Positions 1 through 7,727 of a DNA stretch of 27,579 bases are shown here, in pieces (within the stretch, counting starts at the first letter, position 1; every line of letters starts with the position of its first letter). The position numbers and the translations under genes are program-made. The stretch lies in the IMG/VR virus record IMGVR_UViG_3300020042_000345, positions 1 to 27,579 of that record; one strand, given 5' to 3'. The stretch comes from a virus (Duplodnaviria > Caudoviricetes). The notes under the pieces were generated by a model. It was not told the DNA's origin and searched no databases. It was given only the letters and a program-made list of their open reading frames with translations.

Positions 1-1
1 C

Positions 2-496
2 GGTGCGCTGTCACTGGCGAAGTGGAAGGAGCACGCCCAGACTGTCATGGGCATGATACAAGGCGACCGCAAGACCCGCTGCTACGGTCGTGGCGAGGAG
101 AAGGTCAACAAGAAGACCTTCCAGCCCTATGACGGCTACGCTGGGCATGTGTTCATCACCGCTGGCAAAGACTCGCAACCTCAGATGATCCAGGCTGACG
201 GTCAACCCATTGATCCTACCAACACGATGGCCTACCAGCAGCTTGCCCGCAAGATGTACGGTGGTTGCCGCATCAACGCTGCTGTCAAGCCCTGGTTGCA
301 AGACAACAAGCATGGCCGTGGCATCCGCTGCGACCTGATCGCTGTCCAGTTCGCCGGTGATGACAAGGCGTTTGGTGAAGGTGCTGTGGACGCATCGAGC
401 ATGTTTGGTCAGGTTGCCGGTGCGCCTGCTGGCATGTTTGGCGCTGCGGTTCCTGCGCCTGCGATGCCCTTCCCACCGTTCATGATGAGCCAGTAA
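2..496 (+). CDS. DUF2815-type (APSE gp24-like) putative single-stranded DNA-binding protein, 5'-truncated
   Basis: Frame is open from base 2 (GALSLAKWKEHAQTVM...). Contains 'MYGGCRINAAV..W.QDNKHGRGIRCDLIAVQFAGDDKAFG', typical of this OB-fold family, and lies directly before the polymerase. Confidence 0.8.
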   Translation, partial: GALSLAKWKEHAQTVMGMIQGDRKTRCYGRGEEKVNKKTFQPYDGYAGHVFITAGKDSQPQMIQADGQPIDPTNTMAYQQLARKMYGGCRINAAVKPWLQDNKHGRGIRCDLIAVQFAGDDKAFGEGAVDASSMFGQVAGAPAGMFGAAVPAPAMPFPPFMMSQ

Positions 497-499
497 TTA

Positions 500-521
500 A
501 GCAGGGGCTTCGGCCCCTGTT
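500..521 (+). promoter_or_regulatory. C(UUCG)G stem-loop between the SSB-like gene and the DNA polymerase gene
   Basis: AGCAGGGGC-TTCG-GCCCCTGTT with a perfect 7-bp core stem at 502-519. There is no real U-tract, so it is a weak terminator or an RNA stability/operator element. Confidence 0.7.
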
Positions 522-536
522 ACCAGAGTAACCGTA

Positions 537-2378
537 ATGAGTAACGACTATGTGTACGACATCGAAACCTACCCCAACGTCTTCACGTTGGCGGTGGAGC
601 ATTCAGAAGCACCGATACGCTGGTCTTTTGAGATCAGCGACTGGCGCAACGACTCCCGTGAGATCGTCGCGTTTCTCCAGCATCTCAAGGATACGGATGC
701 CCGCATGGTCGGGTTCAATAACCTGGGGTTCGACTACCCCGTCTTGCATACGCTGACCCGCATGGGCACCTCTACAGCGGCCACGCTGTACGACAAGGCG
801 ATGGCGATCATCAACTTGCAAGACGAGGATGACGGCAGATGGGCGCACCAAGTCAGCCCGTCTGACCGCTTCGTGCAGCAGATCGACCTGTTCAAGATTC
901 ACCACTTCGACAACCGGGCCCGGTCCACGAGCCTCAAGGTGCTGGAGTTCAACATGCGCTCGGACAACATCGAGGACTTGCCGTTCCCTGTGGGCACCAC
1001 GCTCACGCAGGCCCAGGTGCCCGTGCTCAAGAAGTACAACGCGCACGATGTCGCACAAACCAAGAAGTTTATGCAGGTCACGACCGACATGCTTAATTTT
1101 CGGGAAAAACTATGCGCGTTGTACCCCGGCAAAGACTGGCTGAACTTCAACGACACCAAGATTGGCAAGGAGTTCTTCACCATGAAGCTCGAAGAAGCCG
1201 GTGTTGCCTGCTACGACTTCGGCAGCAAGGGTCGCACACCTCGGCAGACCAAGCGGCCAGTGATCGCGCTCAAAGACGCCATACTGCCGTGGATCAGCTT
1301 CCAAGACCCCGAGTTCAGCCGGGTGCTTGACTGGCTCAAGGCTCAGACCATCACCGAGACGAAAGGGGTCTTCACAGACCTGACCGCTGTCGTCAATGGT
1401 TTTACGTTTGTCTTCGGCCTTGGCGGCATCCACGGCTCCATCGAGTCAGAGGTCATTGAGTCTGACAATGATTACATCATTGTTGACCTTGATGTCACCT
1501 CGTACTACCCGAATCTGGCTATCGTGAATGGGTTCTATCCGGCCCATTTGGGGCAGCAGTTCTGCGTTATCTACAAAAATTTGTTCGAGCAGCGCAAAAG
1601 CTACCCAAAAAAGTCGGCTGAGAGCGCCATGCTCAAGCTGGCCCTGAACGGTGTATACGGCGACAGCAACAACCAGTTCAGCGTGTTCTACGACCCGCTG
1701 TTCACCATGAGCATCACGCTCAACGGGCAACTGCTGCTGTGCCTGCTGGCCGAGGGGCTGATGCACATCCCAGGGCTGCGCCTGATCCAAGTGAACACCG
1801 ATGGCCTGACCGTGCGGGTGCCCAGGGCCAACAAGTGGCTCGTGGATGTGGCAGCGGCAGCGTGGCAGTCGCGCACCGGGCTGAACCTTGAGGAAGCCGT
1901 CTACAAGGCCATGATGGTGCGCGATGTCAACAACTACATCGGCGTCTTCAATGACGGCAGCACCAAGCGCAAGGGTGCGTATGAGCACGACATGGAGTGG
2001 CACCAGAACGCTGGTGGACTGGTGATCGCCAAGGTGGCCGAGAAGGTGCTGGTCGATGGTGCGCCGATCAGGCAGACCGTCGAGCAGTGGCCCGACATCA
2101 TGGACTTCATGCTCCGCACCAAGGTGCCTAGGTCGAGCTACCTCCAGTGGGGCGATGGTCGAGCGCAGAACACCTCGCGCTACTACATCGCCAAGGACGG
2201 CAAGCCCCTGTTCAAGTGGATGCCGCCCCTTACCAAAAAGCCCGGTGAGTGGCGCAAGATTGGCGTTGAGAGTGGCTGGGGTGTGCAGGTCTGCAACGAC
2301 ATCAAGGACGCTGTAGCACCTGTGGATTTTGACTATTACGTAAGGGAGGTGGAGAAACTCTGCCTCGGACTAGCATGA
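537..2378 (+). CDS. Family B DNA polymerase with 3'-5' exonuclease domain
   Basis: ExoI 'YDIET', ExoII 'GFNNLGFD', ExoIII 'YNAHDV'; polymerase motif A 'DLDVTSYYP', motif B 'KLALNGVYG', motif C variant 'VNTDG', followed by 'RDVNNY' and 'KRKGAY'. Confidence 0.93.
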   Translation: MSNDYVYDIETYPNVFTLAVEHSEAPIRWSFEISDWRNDSREIVAFLQHLKDTDARMVGFNNLGFDYPVLHTLTRMGTSTAATLYDKAMAIINLQDEDDGRWAHQVSPSDRFVQQIDLFKIHHFDNRARSTSLKVLEFNMRSDNIEDLPFPVGTTLTQAQVPVLKKYNAHDVAQTKKFMQVTTDMLNFREKLCALYPGKDWLNFNDTKIGKEFFTMKLEEAGVACYDFGSKGRTPRQTKRPVIALKDAILPWISFQDPEFSRVLDWLKAQTITETKGVFTDLTAVVNGFTFVFGLGGIHGSIESEVIESDNDYIIVDLDVTSYYPNLAIVNGFYPAHLGQQFCVIYKNLFEQRKSYPKKSAESAMLKLALNGVYGDSNNQFSVFYDPLFTMSITLNGQLLLCLLAEGLMHIPGLRLIQVNTDGLTVRVPRANKWLVDVAAAAWQSRTGLNLEEAVYKAMMVRDVNNYIGVFNDGSTKRKGAYEHDMEWHQNAGGLVIAKVAEKVLVDGAPIRQTVEQWPDIMDFMLRTKVPRSSYLQWGDGRAQNTSRYYIAKDGKPLFKWMPPLTKKPGEWRKIGVESGWGVQVCNDIKDAVAPVDFDYYVREVEKLCLGLA

Positions 2379-2548
2379 CTAAAAACAAGATGCCGTATGA
2401 AAAATACCAATTGGCTGTCAAAGTGCTAGAAGCTGGCGGTGAGATTGAATCGCGGTGCATTAACCCGCCAGTTTTTACAACCCGATACGTTTTTACCAAA
2501 GAACAATTAGAAAAATTTATTGAGAACTTGGAAAATGAAACGCTTTGA
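2375..2548 (+). CDS. Hypothetical protein, 57 aa (not in the ORF track)
   Basis: ATGA overlap with the polymerase stop. Reads MTKNKMPYEKYQLAVKVLEAGGEIESRCINPPVFTTRYVFTKEQLEKFIENLENETL and overlaps the next ATG. Confidence 0.6.
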   Translation: MTKNKMPYEKYQLAVKVLEAGGEIESRCINPPVFTTRYVFTKEQLEKFIENLENETL

Positions 2549-2750
2549 CAAGTCTGCTGAAGTGTTTGCGGCGGGCTACGCCCTGCCTTGGTACAGCGTC
2601 GAGCACAAGACCCGAGCTTGGCGCTACAAGGACAACATCTTCACAACGCCGGTTGACGTACCTGTCGAGCGGGTAATTCTAGGAGGAGGCGGGTTTGATG
2701 ACGAGTTTGACGCTTTACGCATGGAAAGCTATAAGCATGAACCGCTTTGA
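2535..2750 (+). CDS. Hypothetical protein
   Basis: ATG at 2535 (MKRFDKSAEV...), tightly overlapping both neighbours. Confidence 0.55.
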   Translation: MKRFDKSAEVFAAGYALPWYSVEHKTRAWRYKDNIFTTPVDVPVERVILGGGGFDDEFDALRMESYKHEPL

Positions 2751-2886
2751 AACGTGGGACCGCGAGACCCTAAACAAGTTTGCACAAGATGCGTCAGATG
2801 AGATTGCCGCACTGCAAGAAGAACTGCGCGTTGCACTTGACGCATACAGAAAACTGGTGGTGGAACATGCTCGAAAAACAGATTGA
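2737..2886 (+). CDS. Small coiled-coil hypothetical protein, 49 aa
   Basis: ATG at 2737, MNRFETWDRETLNKFAQDASDEIAALQEELRVALDAYRKL. Amphipathic helix pattern and overlapping gene packing. Confidence 0.65.
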   Translation: MNRFETWDRETLNKFAQDASDEIAALQEELRVALDAYRKLVVEHARKTD

Positions 2887-3154
2887 AACCAGGGTCTGCG
2901 ACTACGCCAAGGAGCGCGGGCTGCTGGTTTACAAGTTCACCAGCCCCAGTCGGATGGCGGTGCCTGACCGCATGTTCATCCGGCCCGATGGTGTGGTCTT
3001 CTTCATCGAGTTCAAGCGGGAGGGCATGATACCCACGCCTGCCCAAGACCGTGAACACAACCGCCTACGGGGTCACAATGTCAACGTGTTTGTGGTGGAC
3101 GATGTGTCCACGGGCAAGTGGGTCATTGACACGTTCGGGGCGGTTAAGCCATGA
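2867..3154 (+). CDS. VRR-NUC domain nuclease (PD-(D/E)xK, Holliday-junction resolvase-like)
   Basis: Start MLEKQIE at 2867. Motifs 'VPDRMFI', 'FFIEFKREG' and 'PTPAQDREH'; typical position before an SNF2 helicase. Confidence 0.9.
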   Translation: MLEKQIETRVCDYAKERGLLVYKFTSPSRMAVPDRMFIRPDGVVFFIEFKREGMIPTPAQDREHNRLRGHNVNVFVVDDVSTGKWVIDTFGAVKP

Positions 3155-3885
3155 GAGTCATTTCGTGGTTTTCGTGTGGTGCCGCCAGTGCGGTTGCCAC
3201 AATTCTTGCGGCGATCAAGTACGGCGACCGTCTTGAGGCGGTGTACTGCCGTGTGGAACAAGAGCACCCTGATAACCTTCGGTTTCTTGAAGAATTTCAA
3301 GTCAAGACAGGAATACTTGTGATGATTATTCGTGACGAAACGCATCACGGTTCCATCTATGAGGTGTTTGCAAAACGCAAATTTATTAAAAATCAATTTG
3401 GCGCACCCTGCACCACAATTTTAAAAAAAGACATGCGTAAGTCATATCAACGACCCGGCGACATTCAAGTGTTCGGTTACACCGTTGAAGAACAAGATCG
3501 CGCTGACCGTTTTATTGACGGCAACAACGATGTGACCGAAGACTTCATCTTAATTGACAACAAGGTAAGCAAACAAGATTGCTATGCACACCTGACCCGA
3601 TTGGGTTTAAAGCTGCCAGCGATGTACCACCTTGGCTACTCCAACAACAACTGCATCGGTTGTGTGAAGGGGGGGATGGGTTATTGGAACAAGATTCGCA
3701 AGGACTTTCCCGAGCACTTCACCAAGATGGCAAAGCTGGAGCGGTTTATCGGTCACGCTGTCAACAAGGACGACAACGGTCCGGTGTACTTGGACGAGTT
3801 GGCACCCGATCGTGGACGGTTCAAAGTGGACATGCCTGCCGATTGCGGATTCACATGCGAGGTGGGCGCAAATGCTAACCCCTGA
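3151..3885 (+). CDS. PAPS-reductase-like / adenine nucleotide alpha-hydrolase (PP-loop) protein with Cys clusters
   Basis: N-terminal strand plus PP-loop variant 'ISWFSCGAASA', then 'EHPDNLRFL', 'APCTTILKK', 'GYTVEE..RA', 'YHLGYSNNNCIGCVKGG' and terminal 'DCGFTC'. Confidence 0.8.
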   Translation: MRVISWFSCGAASAVATILAAIKYGDRLEAVYCRVEQEHPDNLRFLEEFQVKTGILVMIIRDETHHGSIYEVFAKRKFIKNQFGAPCTTILKKDMRKSYQRPGDIQVFGYTVEEQDRADRFIDGNNDVTEDFILIDNKVSKQDCYAHLTRLGLKLPAMYHLGYSNNNCIGCVKGGMGYWNKIRKDFPEHFTKMAKLERFIGHAVNKDDNGPVYLDELAPDRGRFKVDMPADCGFTCEVGANANP

Positions 3886-5278
3886 TCTGCTCCACGGCTA
3901 CCAACAAAAAGCTGTCAACTTCCAATGCACCCACCCCCACTCGATGCTGTGGCTGGACATGGGGCTGGGCAAGACGGTCATCACGCTCACCAGCCTCGCG
4001 CATCTGCTTCGCACGGGCTTCCTGCGAGGCGTGATCATCGTGGCCCCGATCCGCGTTATCCGGCTGGTCTGGCGTCAAGAGGCTGTGAAGTGGGAACAGA
4101 CTAAGCACCTCAAGTTCAGCATGGTCACGGGCACCAAGGATCAGCGCACCAGGGCGCTGCTGCGGCCCTCTGATGTGTACCTGATCAACTACGAAAACCT
4201 GGGCTGGCTGGCCGAGACGCTCCAGACCTACTTCGTCAAGAAGGATCGCCCGCTGCCGTTCAACGGCATGATCTGGGACGAGATCAGCAAGATGAAGAAC
4301 AGCGCGACCAACCGGGTTAAGGCGTTCCGCAAGATCGCTGACAAGTTCGACTGGACCACGGGGCTGACCGGCACCCCTGCCAGTAACGGCTACAAAGACC
4401 TGCATGGTCAGTTCCTCGTGGTGGACAGGGGTGAGCGCCTGGGCACCAGCAAGACAGCGTTCCGCACCCGGTTCTACAAGAAGGTGGGGCCGTACAAGGA
4501 GGTGCCCTACGACGACACCGAGGACACGATCAAAAAGCTCATCGGGGACATCACGCTGGAGATGTCAGCCGAGGACTACAACCCGCTGCCTAACCTCATG
4601 ATCAACAACATTGAGATTGAAATGCCCGACGATCTGCGGGCCAAGTACGAGCGACTGGAGAAGGAGTTCTTCATGGTGCTCGACAGCGGCAAGGAGGTCG
4701 AGGCGTTCAACCAAGCGGCTCTCACAAACAAGTGCCTCCAGTTCTCCAACGGGGCCATGTACCCGGTGGCTGGGATGCCCCTGTGGGAGCCGGTGCATGA
4801 CTTGAAGCTGGAGGCGCTGGAGGACATTCTTGACGAGGCCCAGGGCAGTCCTGTGCTGTGCTCGTATGCCTACCGATCAGATGCCCAGCGCATCATGGAC
4901 AAGTTCGCGCACCTCGACCCGATCAACCTGACCGAGTGCAAGAGCGAGGCGTCCCTCAACAACGCCATGTACCGCTGGAAGACTGGTGACTGCGCCCTGA
5001 TGATCGGCCACCCGGCCAGCATGGGTCACGGCATCGACGGGCTGCAAGACAACGGCCACATCCTCGTCTGGTACGGGCTGAACTGGTCGCTGGACTTGTA
5101 CGAGCAGTTCAACGCTCGGGTGCGCCGTCAGGGCCAAGGAGTGCCTGTGATCTGCCACCGCATCCTGATGCAAGACACGCTGGATCAAGCGCAAGCACTG
5201 TCACTTGACGACAAGGCCACAACGCAGGCAGGGCTTCGCAACGCAGTTAAACAATACCGCTTGACAAAGGGCGCATGA
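3872..5278 (+). CDS. SNF2-family (SF2) phage helicase
   Basis: Likely start ATG 3872 after GAGGTGG. Q motif 'LHGYQ', Walker A 'DMGLGKT', Walker B 'IWDEIS', motif III 'LTGTP', 'HPASMGHGIDGLQ' and motif VI 'QFNARVRRQGQ'. Confidence 0.93.
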   Translation: MLTPDLLHGYQQKAVNFQCTHPHSMLWLDMGLGKTVITLTSLAHLLRTGFLRGVIIVAPIRVIRLVWRQEAVKWEQTKHLKFSMVTGTKDQRTRALLRPSDVYLINYENLGWLAETLQTYFVKKDRPLPFNGMIWDEISKMKNSATNRVKAFRKIADKFDWTTGLTGTPASNGYKDLHGQFLVVDRGERLGTSKTAFRTRFYKKVGPYKEVPYDDTEDTIKKLIGDITLEMSAEDYNPLPNLMINNIEIEMPDDLRAKYERLEKEFFMVLDSGKEVEAFNQAALTNKCLQFSNGAMYPVAGMPLWEPVHDLKLEALEDILDEAQGSPVLCSYAYRSDAQRIMDKFAHLDPINLTECKSEASLNNAMYRWKTGDCALMIGHPASMGHGIDGLQDNGHILVWYGLNWSLDLYEQFNARVRRQGQGVPVICHRILMQDTLDQAQALSLDDKATTQAGLRNAVKQYRLTKGA

Positions 5279-5291
5279 GTCGTGGTACGAT
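5261..5291 (+). promoter_or_regulatory. Putative sigma70 promoter
   Basis: Perfect TTGACA at 5261-5266 and extended -10 TG-G-TACGAT at 5283-5291 (19-nt spacer), at the only non-coding gap between 537 and 6753, upstream of an AGGAG RBS. Confidence 0.55.
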
Positions 5292-5320
5292 GTGTCACAC
5301 CAACCAAAGGAGTAACCGTA

Positions 5321-5515
5321 ATGATCAACCAATTGAAGAAGCTGTTTGCGACACCGAGTGCCGAGTCACTGGCACTGCGTGAGCTTGAGAGCAGCAAGCG
5401 CAGGCTGCTGGAGGCCCAGACAGCGCGTGAATACGCTGAATCCATGTGCAAGTACCGGGAGGCACAGATCAAGCGCCTGACGGCCTATCTGCACAACGCG
5501 ACGGGGAACACATGA
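5321..5515 (+). CDS. Small helical hypothetical protein, 64 aa
   Basis: AAGGAG RBS then ATG 5321 (MINQLKKLFATPSAESLALRELE...). Coiled-coil pattern. Confidence 0.75.
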   Translation: MINQLKKLFATPSAESLALRELESSKRRLLEAQTAREYAESMCKYREAQIKRLTAYLHNATGNT

Positions 5516-6144
5516 GCTACATCATCGCAAGCCTGCCACCCCTGAAGTGCTTCGTGCGCCGGGAGTACCTGTACAACTTCACCAAGGGCTTTGGTGAGTT
5601 GGAGCCCGCCATCTGGGTCAGCATCAAGGCGCTGCGGGGACAAGTGTTCCGCATTGAGTCGCTGCTGCCTGCTTATGGTGCGCTGTACGACAAGCTGCCC
5701 ATCAGCGCCTACGTCTGGCGCGAAGACCACGGCGACTTGCCCATCGACACGCTGCAACTGTGGGACTGCATGGGCTACCGCTTTACCGTGTGCGAGAAGA
5801 TCGGCCTGCGTAACCTAGGCGTGAAGTTCTTGGGCAAGGACAAAGAGTGGCACTACGGGCGCTACTTGTTCACGGTGGACTTCTGCGCTGACGGCATGGA
5901 CGCTGACACGGGCTTTACCGAGCAGGCCGAGGAGCATAAGTCGTTTAACTTCATCCGGCTGGAGAACGGCCAGTTCGCCACGCAGCCCAACAACCGCTGC
6001 CTTTGGTACGACCAATCGCTGATCCCTGCCGAGGTCAAGTTTCCCGACTTCCAAGCGGCCAAGACCTTTTGGACTGTTGACGGCACACGCAAGTGGTCTG
6101 CTGGCGACGACTGGTTCTACGACATTGTGGAGAAGAACACATGA
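5512..6144 (+). CDS. Conserved-looking phage protein of unknown function, 210 aa
   Basis: ATGA-coupled start MSYIIASLPP. Globular and aromatic-rich, with motifs 'GALYDKLPISA', 'LQLWDC', 'YLFTVD' and 'EHKS..IRLENGQFATQPNNR'. Confidence 0.8.
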   Translation: MSYIIASLPPLKCFVRREYLYNFTKGFGELEPAIWVSIKALRGQVFRIESLLPAYGALYDKLPISAYVWREDHGDLPIDTLQLWDCMGYRFTVCEKIGLRNLGVKFLGKDKEWHYGRYLFTVDFCADGMDADTGFTEQAEEHKSFNFIRLENGQFATQPNNRCLWYDQSLIPAEVKFPDFQAAKTFWTVDGTRKWSAGDDWFYDIVEKNT

Positions 6145-6356
6145 CACAAGAAGTTAAACCACAAGACCACCCTGACTTCATTGGTGGTTGGGTATGGACT
6201 GAATTGGAAAGCCGTTGGATTGAAAAACGAATTGCCGAAGCAATCTTGGCAGAACGTGAAGCCTGTGCAAAATTGGTTGAGGCTGACCCATCATACGATT
6301 GGCACGCATTTGCGTGCGAAGCCGCCGCCGCCATCCGAGCAAGGGGGCAAGCATGA
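6141..6356 (+). CDS. Hypothetical protein with 'EREACAK...AAAIRARG' signature
   Basis: ATGA overlap at 6141. The C-terminal signature is familiar from small early proteins of proteobacterial phages. Confidence 0.7.
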   Translation: MTQEVKPQDHPDFIGGWVWTELESRWIEKRIAEAILAEREACAKLVEADPSYDWHAFACEAAAAIRARGQA

Positions 6357-6517
6357 CCGAAGTGGTACACGTTGTGCCACTCAATGACCTGCGCGACCAC
6401 ACCGCCAGCGCTGACTGCTGGTGCAAGCCTTCCGAAGAAGATGAGTGGCCTGGGCTGTGGCTGCACCACTCTATGGATGGCCGTGAAGAATACGAGAACG
6501 GGAAGATGAAATCATGA
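6353..6517 (+). CDS. Small His/Cys-rich putative metal-binding protein, 54 aa
   Basis: ATGA overlap. Sequence 'HVVPLNDLRDH....DCWCKP......WLHHSMDGRE'. Confidence 0.7.
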   Translation: MTEVVHVVPLNDLRDHTASADCWCKPSEEDEWPGLWLHHSMDGREEYENGKMKS

Positions 6518-6753
6518 AGTCTAAGCACGACATTGTTCGGAAGGTGCTGCGTGAGAGCGAGGACGGGCTGACAGTGAAGCAGATCACAGTTCAGGTGCAA
6601 GTAGACAACGACTCGCTGAGTCGCATACTTGATGCAATGCCTGACGCCTACATCGACCGGTGGTCTGGTCCTACACGCGGGCAGTACAGCGCTGTCTGGT
6701 GCGTGGTCGTGCCACCAGAGAACTGTCCGCGTCCTACAAGGGAGGAGTCGTAA
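6514..6753 (+). CDS. Putative winged helix-turn-helix DNA-binding protein
   Basis: 'IVRKVLRESEDGLTVKQI......DSLSRIL..MPDAYIDRW' matches the helix-'GLT'-HTH-wing pattern. Last gene of the + block. Confidence 0.6.
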   Translation: MKSKHDIVRKVLRESEDGLTVKQITVQVQVDNDSLSRILDAMPDAYIDRWSGPTRGQYSAVWCVVVPPENCPRPTREES

Positions 6754-6757
6754 ACCC

Positions 6758-7270
6758 TTACGCCGTTAGCGTCTTGGACTCGGCCTCTACCGAGCCCAGC
6801 CTACGCATCCAGCCTTTGCCAAACGTGGCAAAGGTGGACAGGCTCTTGTAGTGAGCCTCGCGCAGAGCGCAGAACTCCTCGATCACATCGTCGGCTGGTT
6901 TGGCTGTAATGGCCGCAATCGTCTTGGGGCCGATCTGCCCGTCGGCGTTCACTCCAACAGCTTGCTGAAGAAATTTACTAGCGCGACCAACGCCAGCATT
7001 GACAGCAGCATCAAACACGCACAGATCAACCCCGCTAGGAAGATCGTCGCCTTTGACAGCGTTCCAGTAGCGCGTCTTGTAGAGAGGGCCAACCATCTCA
7101 GGTGTGAGCGCACGCATGTCGGCCTCAGTGGCAGGCTTGCCAGTCCATTCTTCCCAGACACGTTTGGTCACTCCTAGATTGGTCATGCCGCCTGGGTCAG
7201 ACGGATGGTTGACGTAGCCACCCTCGTACTTGAGGATGTGCAGGAGCGCTTCGTCCCAGTTGTGTCTCAT
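6758..7270 (-). CDS. Endolysin, glycoside hydrolase family 108 with C-terminal peptidoglycan-binding domain
   Basis: Catalytic 'EGGYVNHPSDPGGMTNLGVT', then 'VFDAAVNAG', 'LQQAVGVNADGQIGPKT' and 'FGKGWMRR'. Confidence 0.95.
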   Translation of the reverse strand: MRHNWDEALLHILKYEGGYVNHPSDPGGMTNLGVTKRVWEEWTGKPATEADMRALTPEMVGPLYKTRYWNAVKGDDLPSGVDLCVFDAAVNAGVGRASKFLQQAVGVNADGQIGPKTIAAITAKPADDVIEEFCALREAHYKSLSTFATFGKGWMRRLGSVEAESKTLTA

Positions 7271-7725
7271 TTGTCGTCCTTGAGTCTTTGAAGATCAGCG
7301 CCCTTGTCCTTGGAGCCTTGTGAACTGCCACGGTGAAAATTCAAGATGGTGCCACTCATGGTGATAAGGGAGCCAAGAGCCATGTAGACCAATTCCTTGT
7401 TGGCGTCTGGCACACCCTTGATGAAGGCAAACCAAGCCAAGAAGATGGTGGCCGACACGATGCCCACATCGAGCGCATACGCGGTGTTCTTGGCAAGCCA
7501 GGAAGCGTTTGACGACTCTTGCACCTTGGCGTTCATGTCGCGGGCGCTGTCGGTGTTGGCGTTCATCAACTCCACCAGTTTGGTGTCGTTAGCCATCTTC
7601 GCCAACTCACCGTCTTGGGCCATCCTAGCCAGATCGAGTTGAGCCTTGGCCTTGGCCTCTGGGTCTGGAATGAGCTTGTCGATGAGTTTGCCACCGACCG
7701 AGAGGAGCGCGTCAAGTCCGAGCAT
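7267..7725 (-). CDS. Putative holin (GTA 3TM-holin-like)
   Basis: N-terminal 'GKLIDKLIPDPEAKAKAQL', two hydrophobic segments and a 'NFHRGSSQGSKDK' tail. Overlaps the endolysin start. Confidence 0.7.
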   Translation of the reverse strand: MLGLDALLSVGGKLIDKLIPDPEAKAKAQLDLARMAQDGELAKMANDTKLVELMNANTDSARDMNAKVQESSNASWLAKNTAYALDVGIVSATIFLAWFAFIKGVPDANKELVYMALGSLITMSGTILNFHRGSSQGSKDKGADLQRLKDDK

Positions 7726-7727
7726 GA

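Noticed and set aside
3151-3885. Reading the PAPS-reductase-like gene as a sulfur-assimilation auxiliary metabolic gene (cysH)
   Set aside because: The PP-loop is divergent, the CysH C-terminal ECGLH motif is not present as such, and the context is purely replicative.
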